Made by a program: the position numbers and the translations under genes. Shown in pieces: positions 38,230 to 46,952 of a DNA stretch of 64,000 nt. This stretch comes from Escherichia phage vB_EcoM_CRJP21, in sequence record OQ708376.1, one strand, 5' to 3'. The first letter of the stretch is position 1, and each line of letters begins with the position of its first letter. The notes under the pieces are model-generated. The model made no database searches. It saw only the letters and a program-made list of their open reading frames with translations, and was not told the origin of the DNA.

Positions 38230-39432
38230 CTATTGTTGCCATAACTGCGTTGGCATTAATGTTAGTGTAGTAATACTATAAGTGCCATCTGGCAATCTAC
38301 CACCATTTCCATTCCAGCCACCACATGCATATAATTTATAATCTTTAGTAATTATTATGGTTCTGCTCCAATCTTTAGATGCCATAAGAACATTTTCATA
38401 ACCACCACTTATTGCACTAAGATTAAAAATATTCCAAGTTCTAACTAATGTATTAGTTCCATTACCTTCTTGACCATATGAGTTAGCACCACTACTTCTA
38501 ACATATGGTGCGTATTGTGCCATAGGTGCACCAATTGATGCATTTCCCATATTACTTGGACAAATAAAAGTACTGTACTTACTTACATCAACCGTGACCG
38601 ATGTGTTCCTAATTGGTGTTAGCTGATTTACCGATGTAGTCGTACCATTACCCGCTTGTCCAGTACTGTTAGCCCCGCTATAATATACAGACCCACCAGT
38701 AGTAAACCACCAAGTAACATCGTATGTAGTACTAATATGTTCTACATTACTAATCACGAATTTGTTCAAATATACAACAGAACTACCACCACATCCACTT
38801 TCACCAAAGTTATCCTTACCACAAAACCATGCATCTTTATTTGATTTGATATAGTGCGTTCCTTGTAATGAACATGCCATATGTGTAACTTCACCCATAT
38901 TAGTCATAACTGTGAGTGTAGGGATGGAATTTTTATTACCAGAGCCACATTCACCATTGGTATTTCTTCCACACGCAATTACTCTACCATCGGTTAATAA
39001 TATTCTAGTACTTTCACCTATATATACACTCTTGATCATATTAGCCATAACACCTATTTTATTAAATGCAACAGTAACATCAGTCCATGTTGTCAAATAA
39101 CCATTAACAGGTGTTGCATCTCCATAATCAGAAAATGCAGCCACAGACCCAGTGTAGTATATTTTATTATCCAAATCAATCATCAACGAACCTTGAACAC
39201 CAAGCCAAAAGGCTGCACAGTTCCTTGCAAGTACTGTAAATGACGAAACTGCTGCTGAATTCCCAAGACCAAATTGATACATGTTATTACTACCATAACC
39301 ATATAAAGTATTAGTTGGGTTATGTAGATACATACAGTTTGTATAATGTTGTTGTAAAACATCTGAGAACTCTACAGGTTCTGGACCTGGTGCAATATTT
39401 GCGTACTTAACCATTCTTCCAAAAGGTAACAT
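38230..39432 (-). CDS. RCC1-like beta-propeller repeat protein (paralog 9 of 9, first transcribed)
   Basis: N-terminus MLPFGRMVKYANIAPGP; motifs GSNNMYQFGLGN, GANSYGQEGNG; AAGGAGGGAAAT RBS with TATAAT-like box upstream. Confidence 0.7.
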   Translation of the reverse strand: MLPFGRMVKYANIAPGPEPVEFSDVLQQHYTNCMYLHNPTNTLYGYGSNNMYQFGLGNSAAVSSFTVLARNCAAFWLGVQGSLMIDLDNKIYYTGSVAAFSDYGDATPVNGYLTTWTDVTVAFNKIGVMANMIKSVYIGESTRILLTDGRVIACGRNTNGECGSGNKNSIPTLTVMTNMGEVTHMACSLQGTHYIKSNKDAWFCGKDNFGESGCGGSSVVYLNKFVISNVEHISTTYDVTWWFTTGGSVYYSGANSTGQAGNGTTTSVNQLTPIRNTSVTVDVSKYSTFICPSNMGNASIGAPMAQYAPYVRSSGANSYGQEGNGTNTLVRTWNIFNLSAISGGYENVLMASKDWSRTIIITKDYKLYACGGWNGNGGRLPDGTYSITTLTLMPTQLWQQ

Positions 39433-39480
39433 ATTTCCCTCCTTATTAATTATATCATATTTACCCCATAAAGAAAACCC

Positions 39481-39509
39481 TTGACATCCTTTCAGTACTG
39501 GTGTACTAT
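39481..39509 (+). promoter_or_regulatory. promoter TTGACA-N17-TACTAT ahead of small-protein array
   Basis: consensus -35; divergent from RCC1-array promoter region. Confidence 0.5.
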
Positions 39510-39534
39510 AGAAGGAATATAAGGAGAACTACAC

Positions 39535-39762
39535 ATGACAAATACTCTTAAGTACTACCTCAATACTCTAAATGAACTAGAGTACGGGGAATTTCTCGCG
39601 GATAGTTCGTGGCTAATTGAGCTAAAAAATTATAATAGTCCAGGATGCACCCTTATGATGAACAATGCAATTGATACCCTCATTGTGAGTATTTTACACA
39701 GCAACATCTGCGGGGATAGCAATAAACAATTATCAAAAATCTTAGTACTGCTATCTATATGA
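39535..39762 (+). CDS. small protein, tandem paralog family S (member 1)
   Basis: AGGAGAAC RBS; first of about 17 consecutive ~60 aa ORFs. Confidence 0.5.
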   Translation: MTNTLKYYLNTLNELEYGEFLADSSWLIELKNYNSPGCTLMMNNAIDTLIVSILHSNICGDSNKQLSKILVLLSI

Positions 39763-39962
39763 ACATTGAACAGTACTACATCGATGCACTACCAACAAAA
39801 GGTCTACGAGAAAGCCTACTGTATACACAAAATACTTTTATACACTACAAACGTTGTCCTAAACTCCTGAACTCGTACAGGAGTAATATCATAAGAAATG
39901 CTTTACAAGGGGCAGAAAGTATGCAATACTATTATATCCTTGCCCTTTTAATCGAGTACTAA
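39759..39962 (+). CDS. small protein, tandem paralog family S
   Basis: ATGA overlap; C-terminus YYYILALLIEY. Confidence 0.5.
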   Translation: MNIEQYYIDALPTKGLRESLLYTQNTFIHYKRCPKLLNSYRSNIIRNALQGAESMQYYYILALLIEY

Positions 39963-39963
39963 T

Positions 39964-40173
39964 ATGAATACTGAACATAAAGAATTCTACACCAAATACC
40001 TTAGCAACGAAGAACAATTGTTTCTAAGGAGTGTATCACCTTTAAGTATAGATACACCACACGCCAGAGATTGCTTTAATAATTGTATACGTAGTACTAT
40101 AGAAGCAATCGAATGTAATAACAAAAATATTATGTACTCAGGTTTAATAGGACTAATATATTTCTATGAATAA
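39964..40173 (+). CDS. small protein, tandem paralog family S
   Basis: MNTEHKEFYTKY; near-duplicate of 42804-43013. Confidence 0.55.
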   Translation: MNTEHKEFYTKYLSNEEQLFLRSVSPLSIDTPHARDCFNNCIRSTIEAIECNNKNIMYSGLIGLIYFYE

Positions 40174-40360
40174 TCATAAAGATTTCTATTGTAGTAAACT
40201 ACCCAAACAAGAACAGCTATCATTCTCTTTAGCACCACCTATGAGAAAGGATAATCTGTATTATAATTACGATTTCAGGATGGTGACACGTTATGCAATA
40301 GAACATACGTTCCCTGCAACTAAGTACCGCTCTATCCTGAACCTCATCTTTAAGTTCTAA
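40166..40360 (+). CDS. small protein, tandem paralog family S
   Basis: MNNHKDFY; overlapping start. Confidence 0.5.
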   Translation: MNNHKDFYCSKLPKQEQLSFSLAPPMRKDNLYYNYDFRMVTRYAIEHTFPATKYRSILNLIFKF

Positions 40361-40407
40361 AAGGTACACCAGGGACCGAGTACTTTAACATAGTAAGGCT
40401 AATTACA

Positions 40408-40593
40408 ATGAATCATATAAGCTACTACTACCAACAACTATCCGACAGAGACAAGTACAGTCACAACTCCCATGTGTGGTACTACAAACGCGGCAGTATA
40501 AGAGACAAACAACATTACTTCTGTATTTCTATTAAAGAAGCACTGACAACTAAGTACACGTACCGAGCAGTACTGAAACTTATTGAAATGTAA
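40408..40593 (+). CDS. small protein, tandem paralog family S
   Basis: ORF; C-terminal KYTYRAVLKLIEM resembles next member. Confidence 0.5.
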   Translation: MNHISYYYQQLSDRDKYSHNSHVWYYKRGSIRDKQHYFCISIKEALTTKYTYRAVLKLIEM

Positions 40594-40601
40594 GGAAGAA
40601 A

Positions 40602-40784
40602 ATGAACATAGAATTCTATTTAACTAAACTACAACACGCCGAAAGATTCAACTTCAATAAGTTCAATATTTTCTACAATTGCGGGAACAAAAAAGATAAA
40701 CACACCTTCCTATATGTCGTCACAAGAGATGCACAAAACGAAAAGTACACATACAGAGAAGTAATGAAACTAATCGCTATTTAA
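40602..40784 (+). CDS. small protein, tandem paralog family S
   Basis: C-terminus KYTYREVMKLIAI. Confidence 0.5.
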   Translation: MNIEFYLTKLQHAERFNFNKFNIFYNCGNKKDKHTFLYVVTRDAQNEKYTYREVMKLIAI

Positions 40785-40792
40785 GGAATACT

Positions 40793-40972
40793 ATGCAACA
40801 ATTCTATAGAGAACGTATAACCATAAAAGACCGTTTCATGTACGACACCTTCGTGAAGTACTACAAACTAGGAACAAAAAGTACTAAAAATATTAATCTC
40901 AATAGCTGCATTTATGCTGTACTAACACAAGATAATCCCTACAGGGAAATCCTCGCCCTGGCATCTATATAA
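40793..40972 (+). CDS. small protein, tandem paralog family S (59 aa, below track cutoff)
   Basis: AAGGAAT RBS; MQQFYRER...REILALASI. Confidence 0.45.
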   Translation: MQQFYRERITIKDRFMYDTFVKYYKLGTKSTKNINLNSCIYAVLTQDNPYREILALASI

Positions 40973-40982
40973 AGGAAACCAA

Positions 40983-41654
40983 ATGAAACTTAATGCACAC
41001 AGCAAACAATACCTTAAGCACTTTAAGTACCTCAATAGTATTCAGGCAGAATCAGTTACATCTGCATATACGTATCACCCGAATGTACTAAAGAAACGAA
41101 ATAAAAAGGAAAAATCCAGTACAAATGGAGTTAACGTATCAAAGAACCTTGAATTGTACATGAAGAAAAATAATATAGCTGTTCATTATATGAATATCTA
41201 TAATACTGATTTAAAAGTATTGAGTACTAATACGAGCACAAAGGTACTAAAGAACGCATCCTTCATCATCAATATGCAGTTGGATAATACCCCGTGCACT
41301 TTAATGCTATACTTCGGGAATACATACTTCTTCGGGAATTGTAACACCTCCCACGATGTCAATACAGCACAATTCCAAATGGGTGGCATATACTCTACTG
41401 ATGCAGAAAAAGTACACGAGAATATGCACTTCTGGCAAGCACAACGTACAGAAGAAACTGATACAGTACTACAATTCCTCAAAGAATTACAAGGCAAAGA
41501 ATTATCCGAGGAAGAACTATTCATGTACAGTACTGTAATCGATAATCCAGCACTCTATAAAAATGCGTACAATCTGACAAAACATGTACAGGAAATTATC
41601 AGTACTAATAAGAAAATGCATCACCTCATTACGTATATTACAAACTATGTATAA
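40983..41654 (+). CDS. hypothetical protein (223 aa) embedded in small-protein array
   Basis: AAGGAAAC RBS; much longer than neighbours. Confidence 0.5.
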   Translation: MKLNAHSKQYLKHFKYLNSIQAESVTSAYTYHPNVLKKRNKKEKSSTNGVNVSKNLELYMKKNNIAVHYMNIYNTDLKVLSTNTSTKVLKNASFIINMQLDNTPCTLMLYFGNTYFFGNCNTSHDVNTAQFQMGGIYSTDAEKVHENMHFWQAQRTEETDTVLQFLKELQGKELSEEELFMYSTVIDNPALYKNAYNLTKHVQEIISTNKKMHHLITYITNYV

Positions 41655-41847
41655 AGAATTCTACATAAAAGAACTACCAAAGTTTCTACAAGGAAATCTA
41701 TTAGAAGATGAACCTCGCGGTATTGACTGTATATATGAAGCTGATTACTTCCGTACATGTACTGAACAAGTACTTAATGAAGAAGCTAATGAAAACAATT
41801 ATCAAGTACAACTGTACCACACCCTGTACCTTGCGTTCCAGTACTAA
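41647..41847 (+). CDS. small protein, tandem paralog family S
   Basis: start at MYKEFYIKELP (41647), overlapping upstream stop. Confidence 0.55.
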   Translation: MYKEFYIKELPKFLQGNLLEDEPRGIDCIYEADYFRTCTEQVLNEEANENNYQVQLYHTLYLAFQY

Positions 41848-41856
41848 GGATAATAT

Positions 41857-42042
41857 ATGTATAAAGAATACTACATAGAGAAACTCCCAATGTATCTCCA
41901 ACACCTTGTACCAAACGTTGCATTGGGTATAGAAAAAAACTACGAAAAAGACTACTTCATTCAGTGCACTAAATCCTCGATATATATTGAAGACTATAAT
42001 CGAGTACTGTATCATATCCTTTTACTAATATATAGGTACTAA
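41857..42042 (+). CDS. small protein, tandem paralog family S
   Basis: MYKEYYIEKLP...LLIYRY. Confidence 0.55.
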   Translation: MYKEYYIEKLPMYLQHLVPNVALGIEKNYEKDYFIQCTKSSIYIEDYNRVLYHILLLIYRY

Positions 42043-42043
42043 T

Positions 42044-42226
42044 ATGCACAAAGAATACTACACACAATTTCTCCCCAGCATTTTTGAACACTACGCCAGA
42101 TATAAAGTCCCTATGGATAACGATTTGGCAGTACTGGGATTCAATAACTGCATAGAACGAAGTATAGAAAATAGTAGTAGTTATGACCAGCTATATAACA
42201 CTATCCTACTTATATTCAGGTACTAA
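42044..42226 (+). CDS. small protein, tandem paralog family S
   Basis: MHKEYYTQFLP...LLIFRY. Confidence 0.55.
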   Translation: MHKEYYTQFLPSIFEHYARYKVPMDNDLAVLGFNNCIERSIENSSSYDQLYNTILLIFRY

Positions 42227-42227
42227 C

Positions 42228-42416
42228 ATGCATAAAGAATACTACACAAAACATTTCCCAATGTACCTCAGAACTAATCTATTAGATAAACCTCGCGGTA
42301 TCAATGCACAAAACGATAAAGTGTACTTTACTATGTGCACTAAAGCATGTATACTAGATTTTGACAGCTATCATCGAGTACTGTATCATACCCTGTACCT
42401 AGCTTTCGTATTCTAA
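42228..42416 (+). CDS. small protein, tandem paralog family S
   Basis: start at MHKEYYTKHFP (42228), 1 nt after upstream stop. Confidence 0.55.
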   Translation: MHKEYYTKHFPMYLRTNLLDKPRGINAQNDKVYFTMCTKACILDFDSYHRVLYHTLYLAFVF

Positions 42417-42425
42417 GAGAACAAT

Positions 42426-42611
42426 ATGCATAAAGAATTCTACTTAAGCCATCTCGATCTAAACTCCCAAATGCTTATACCACAAATCCCAATAGATATC
42501 AAGGATAAGAAAAATACCGAACAATTCATTTACCATACACAGTGTGCGATCACCCCAAATTACATTCCATATGAATTGTACTACATTCTCGCCCTAATAT
42601 ATAGGTACTAA
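42426..42611 (+). CDS. small protein, tandem paralog family S
   Basis: MHKEFYLSHL...ALIYRY. Confidence 0.55.
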   Translation: MHKEFYLSHLDLNSQMLIPQIPIDIKDKKNTEQFIYHTQCAITPNYIPYELYYILALIYRY

Positions 42612-42612
42612 T

Positions 42613-42798
42613 ATGCATAGAGAATACTACACACAATTTGTTAAAGGGAACTACAAACATGCCGTACCCAGAACCCCTTTAAATTTTCATGACCCAAGTA
42701 CTATATTCTTGTTCCATGACGCAATACGTACAGTACTCAATACTAAAGATGAAGATGTGCAGTACGTATTCTTACTATTACTTATATACAGACACTAA
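42613..42798 (+). CDS. small protein, tandem paralog family S
   Basis: MHREYYTQFV...LLIYRH. Confidence 0.55.
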   Translation: MHREYYTQFVKGNYKHAVPRTPLNFHDPSTIFLFHDAIRTVLNTKDEDVQYVFLLLLIYRH

Positions 42799-42803
42799 CT
42801 AAT

Positions 42804-43013
42804 ATGAATAAAGAACATAAAGAATTCTACTCCAAATACATAAGCCCCTCAGAACAAATGTTTCTAAGGACTACTCCACCTTTAAGTACTAATACATTTT
42901 TCGGCAGAGTATGCTACAATAATTGTATTCAAATGACTTTAAACGCAAACGAAGATGGTAACAGTACTAACCTGTACTCAGGTATCATAGGTATACTATT
43001 CCTGTATGAATAA
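42804..43013 (+). CDS. small protein, tandem paralog family S
   Basis: MNKEHKEFYSKY...LFLYE. Confidence 0.55.
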   Translation: MNKEHKEFYSKYISPSEQMFLRTTPPLSTNTFFGRVCYNNCIQMTLNANEDGNSTNLYSGIIGILFLYE

Positions 43014-43194
43014 TTACAAAGACTTCTATTTGAATACACTACCTACTGTACTTTCTCTAAGTGCTCAATGTAAAATCCCGCTGGATAATGCTTACGCCAG
43101 ATATAGCTATTCCATAACTGTTAATCGATGTATAGAGAATCATTGCAGTACTAACCAGTACTATAACATAATCCTACTTATATTCAGGTACTAA
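43006..43194 (+). CDS. small protein, tandem paralog family S
   Basis: MNNYKDFY...LLIFRY. Confidence 0.55.
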   Translation: MNNYKDFYLNTLPTVLSLSAQCKIPLDNAYARYSYSITVNRCIENHCSTNQYYNIILLIFRY

Positions 43195-43195
43195 T

Positions 43196-43378
43196 ATGAA
43201 TAAAGAACATAAAGAATTCTATATACGAAAACTAACATTCGTCCCCGTAAGAATATATAAAGAATGCGACCCAAGATTATACCTATGGCACTTCAATGAG
43301 TGCATAAAAGATTCTATATACCCTAAGAACTACAAAGAACAATTGTGCTCAGTACTAACACTAGTACTATCATATTAA
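43196..43378 (+). CDS. small protein, tandem paralog family S
   Basis: MNKEHKEFYIRKL. Confidence 0.55.
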   Translation: MNKEHKEFYIRKLTFVPVRIYKECDPRLYLWHFNECIKDSIYPKNYKEQLCSVLTLVLSY

Positions 43379-43393
43379 TTAATAGAGAATACT

Positions 43394-43585
43394 ATGTATA
43401 AAAACTTCTATATAAGTAAACTAAAAGAAAATGAACAAGTATGGATTAGATCTATAATAGTACTGGCATTTAATAGATATGCATTTAACAGATGTACCGA
43501 GATTGCTATAGACCCTTATAATATTAAAGAGAATGTACAGTATAATCAGTACTACTATATCTTAATGCTTATATATAGGAAGTAA
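43394..43585 (+). CDS. small protein, tandem paralog family S (last member)
   Basis: MYKNFYISKL...LIYRK. Confidence 0.5.
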   Translation: MYKNFYISKLKENEQVWIRSIIVLAFNRYAFNRCTEIAIDPYNIKENVQYNQYYYILMLIYRK

Positions 43586-44570
43586 TTAAACACAAGTAGA
43601 CAGGGGAAGCTCCTAGTGAACAACCTTTATGTACAGGCGAATTGTTAAAATTCAGCCTGGACAAATGCGATCACTAGGATTCTCCCCAGGCTAAACCCCG
43701 TAATCATAGGTAGTCATAAGTAATCATATATAAACATTTATATGAGCACCGTAGAATCACAGAATGATTATATATGATTCAGTACTGATTAGTATAGACA
43801 AGAATTCTCAAGAATGCACGGGAAGGATTCAGTACTGATATGCCACTAAGTAGGCAGAGGAAGTCTGCCGTACTTTGTAGTTTCCAAGCTCCTTTTCCAT
43901 TTTTCAAATTACATCAAATGTAATCAAAAGTAATCACGCAATGATTAGTACTGAATTATTACTTTCACCTTAATTACAATTACCCTTTTACCCTTCGGGG
44001 TAAAATTCAATTACCCCTTGAGGCTCCAGCAAAAAGTTGGTTAGTACTCCATCCTAAATCTCGATCCTAAAAATTTTGGAGTACCTATGAAATAAAAGTT
44101 GGATCTTCGAAAGTTGAAATTTACGTTGGGACGTTTATGATTTGTGGGATATAATGATGTTTGTAGACGGGTAGTTCTCAAGAATATCAGTACTGAAAGA
44201 TGAAAGAAAGTTATTGACTTTATGATTCAGTACTGTATAATGTTCTACATAGGGTGATGAGTTGCTGCGAACAATTCATTTACTCTACCTCCTGTCGTGA
44301 GACAGTACAGAAAAGATAGTTCCTCCTGTGGTGGTACATCTTTTTGAACCTCATATGAAAATCGTAATAACAGTACTGATATTAACAGAATGGTGTCAGT
44401 ACTGATTTTAATCTAAAGCATTATGCCACCAGCACAAGCTGGTGGATTCCCTCTAACAGTATTCAGTACTACATGATGGTCTTCATCCTCCTAGGGTAAC
44501 ATAGTGAGGGCTATGATGGCAGTACTGAATACTCCCTTTCAAAAGATAGATCTATGGTATAGTACTGACG

Positions 44571-44759
44571 GATTTTGGGCGTAGTTACCCTGGATGGATT
44601 TTGGGCGTAGATATGTCTAGCCCTCCAGAAGTCTGGAAGTAAAGATGGCTATCCATCTAGACGGCTAAACGGCTAGATTTCTGGATGGCTGGATGGCTAG
44701 ACGTTTGGACGGCTAAACGGCTAGATGGTTACACGTCTGGAAGTATAGACGGCTAAATC
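44571..44759. repeat. iteron-like short direct repeat cluster (GGATTTTGGGCGTAG x2; ACGGCTAAACGGCTAGAT x2; GGATGGCT x2; GTCTGGAAGTA x2)
   Basis: direct repeats read in ORF-free region. Confidence 0.7.
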
Positions 44760-45384
44760 AAAATTTTATTTTGTTTTTTCCAATAGTTCCCCTACCGCGT
44801 GGGGATAGTTTCCCCGCAGTATCTGGTGTTAGATTTTTCTGAATCTGGAATCATTATCTTATAAACTGGGGGCAATGTCAACGGCCTGGCCGGATATTTT
44901 TAAAAATTTTTTCAGTACTGAATTTTGGGCGTAACTATGCACCCGGTGGGCTTGAGTCTTTCTCGACTTGATGGAACTATTATACAGTACTGGAAAAATA
45001 AAGCAATACCCTGGAAGCAAAAAAGTTTTAATTAATTTGCTTGCTATCCTGGGCCGGACTATGGTACTATATTTCAGTACTGAGAAAGTGCGTTTACCTG
45101 CTAGGGTGCGGGAGTGTATCCTTTTTTTATATCTTGAATTTTGGACGGATCTTCCCACCCCCTGGGGTATCCGCTTTCTCGCGTCTATGTAGTAATTATA
45201 CGCTTTTTCAGGATCAAGTCAATACCTAAAAACAAAATAATTGAAAATAATTTAACGCGTTTAAACGGCCTGTAAAGCCCTGGAATGATTGGAATGGTGC
45301 AAATGTATAGCTTATGTGTATTAATGCGTTAGAATGCGTCTGAGGACGTTTTACGGGGTATAGGGATGATTTAGTGGATTGATT

Positions 45385-45471
45385 CAGTACTGAATAATAG
45401 TACTCCTATATAGAAAGATAGTTCCCCTGGATGATTGCAGTACTGAATAATAGTACTCCTATATAGAAAGA
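45385..45471. repeat. 34 bp direct repeat x2 (CAGTACTGAATAATAGTACTCCTATATAGAAAGA) separated by 19 bp
   Basis: two identical copies at 45385-45418 and 45438-45471. Confidence 0.8.
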
Positions 45472-45502
45472 AAACTATTTTAAAAGTATTTGTAGAAAGT
45501 AC

Positions 45503-45561
45503 TTGCACCGTACTGATAAAAGCGTATAATGTTTTACATCGAGAGCGGGAACACTTCCCGC
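45503..45561 (+). promoter_or_regulatory. promoter (TTGCAC-N16-TATAAT) + 5' stem-loop AGCGGGAAC-N-TTCCCGCT
   Basis: first of about 25 promoter/5'-hairpin cassettes. Confidence 0.6.
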
Positions 45562-45585
45562 TACACATTAAGAGAGATTAAAACG

Positions 45586-45948
45586 ATGGCGACTCAAATC
45601 AATAAAATCATGCTTAACCTGGTAAACTTCCGCGATGAGATGAAAGGTCTTCCGGCTGAAACTGTAAAAATTCACATTGCAGCTTATCGGGAACTTATTG
45701 CAATGTTGCCGCTTAAGCGTGAACAATACGCCGCTACTTTGATGCTGGATTCAATGATCCATATAATGATCTCAAATGATTTGACGATGGTTTATCAGTA
45801 TATGGGCGAAAATTTCGCGGTGTGTAGTAAGCCAGTACCAGGGATGGCAACAACTGAGGAATTGCACGGCTTAAACTTAAAACAAGATGCATGGGATAAT
45901 ATGCCTCGTTTCCTGGTATGGGCTGACAGTGGCAAAATTTACAAATAA
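45586..45948 (+). CDS. hypothetical protein (120 aa)
   Basis: ORF track 45529-45948; ATG 45586 downstream of promoter and hairpin. Confidence 0.55.
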   Translation: MATQINKIMLNLVNFRDEMKGLPAETVKIHIAAYRELIAMLPLKREQYAATLMLDSMIHIMISNDLTMVYQYMGENFAVCSKPVPGMATTEELHGLNLKQDAWDNMPRFLVWADSGKIYK

Positions 45949-45962
45949 GTTTAATAAAGTAC

Positions 45963-46021
45963 TTGCAAACTATGTTTAATGGCGTATAATGTTTTACATC
46001 AGGTGGGGAATAGTTCCCCAC
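45963..46021 (+). promoter_or_regulatory. promoter TTGCAA-N16-TATAAT + 5' stem-loop GTGGGGAA-TAGT-TCCCCAC
   Basis: consensus hexamers; hairpin at predicted +5 to +25. Confidence 0.6.
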
Positions 46022-46041
46022 TATATAAGAGGATTAAAAAA

Positions 46042-46281
46042 ATGGCTAAATCAAAAATGTTCTTAGGTCACAAAAACAAAACTCATTGGAATGTAAGCCT
46101 TTGGATTAATAACGATGAGGGATTGTATCGGTTGGCCCAGGACTTTATTAACGATAGCACTAATCGCAATGATGCGGCCCGTCATATGATGTTATTTTTA
46201 GAACAGACTGGACAAGATAAAACACCGGACGGATTCAAATATAGCACTACTGCGATCCGTGCGGCGATGGTTGGAATGTAA
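46042..46281 (+). CDS. hypothetical protein (79 aa)
   Basis: ATG 46042 after GAGGAT. Confidence 0.55.
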   Translation: MAKSKMFLGHKNKTHWNVSLWINNDEGLYRLAQDFINDSTNRNDAARHMMLFLEQTGQDKTPDGFKYSTTAIRAAMVGM

Positions 46282-46291
46282 TAGAATTTAT

Positions 46292-46330
46292 TTAAAGTAC
46301 TATCATTTTTTTGCGATAGTACTTTATAAT
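46292..46330 (+). promoter_or_regulatory. palindrome-containing promoter-like element (AAAGTACTATC-N10-GATAGTACTTT then TATAAT)
   Basis: inverted repeat + -10 hexamer; no good -35. Confidence 0.4.
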
Positions 46331-46367
46331 AGTGTTTTATTCATACACCAACGATAAGGGCAACAGC

Positions 46368-46634
46368 ATGAAAATTAAGTATTTTGCGACGCGTGAACAA
46401 GCTCGGATCGCCGCACGCCAGGACGGGGCAACGTTTAAAGATATGGGCGTACAATCGGAACGTGGTAAACGTTGGGCCATTGTAAAGCGTAGTACCGCCA
46501 GATCATTACAGTACTGGTTAGCGGCCTTAAAAAGTCCCGATAGTGTATCGCGTCGAGTGGTAGAAATAAAGCTCGACCGAAAGGGCAACCGCGTGACCGT
46601 GTACCGTACTAAAAAGATTGCAGTACTTGAATAA
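46368..46634 (+). CDS. hypothetical protein (88 aa); paralog of 58345-58740
   Basis: MKIKYFATREQARIAARQDGATFKDMG vs MITKFYATREAARIVAREEGAAFKDMG. Confidence 0.6.
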   Translation: MKIKYFATREQARIAARQDGATFKDMGVQSERGKRWAIVKRSTARSLQYWLAALKSPDSVSRRVVEIKLDRKGNRVTVYRTKKIAVLE

Positions 46635-46642
46635 AAAGTACT

Positions 46643-46700
46643 TGCAAACTATGTTTAATGGCGTATAATGTTTTACATCGAGAGCGGGAACTCTTCCCGC
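46643..46700 (+). promoter_or_regulatory. promoter TTGCAA-N15-TATAAT + 5' stem-loop GCGGGAAC-N-TTCCCGC
   Basis: near-identical to cassette at 45963. Confidence 0.6.
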
Positions 46701-46721
46701 CTATAACCTGGAGTAATGAAA

Positions 46722-46952
46722 ATGACTAATATGTATATGACTGAAGTTAAAACCGTAAAAGATACTACCACGAATAAAACTACTTACTTACAGCGGATCT
46801 GTGGTGTATGGCAACGTATCAGCAAATCAAAGTACTTTAAATTAACATCATATGCAAACCGTTCGGATTCATTCAGTACTGAAATAAAAGGTAATAAAGT
46901 ACACCAATACGGCACTTATTATTATTATAGCCTGGACGCGATTGCAGTATAA
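46722..46952 (+). CDS. hypothetical protein (76 aa)
   Basis: ORF track 46716-46952; ATG 46722 has better spacing from GGAG. Confidence 0.5.
   Translation: MTNMYMTEVKTVKDTTTNKTTYLQRICGVWQRISKSKYFKLTSYANRSDSFSTEIKGNKVHQYGTYYYYSLDAIAV

Noticed and set aside
39535-43585. Regularly spaced ~190 bp repeats that could superficially suggest a CRISPR array
   Set aside because: The repeated units are complete translationally coupled ORFs with RBS and divergent protein-coding sequence, not short identical direct repeats separated by unique spacers.
44859-45229. Short ORFs on both strands within the non-coding hub
   Set aside because: No RBS, they overlap repeat and hairpin elements, and they are not flanked by the promoter cassettes seen for real genes here.
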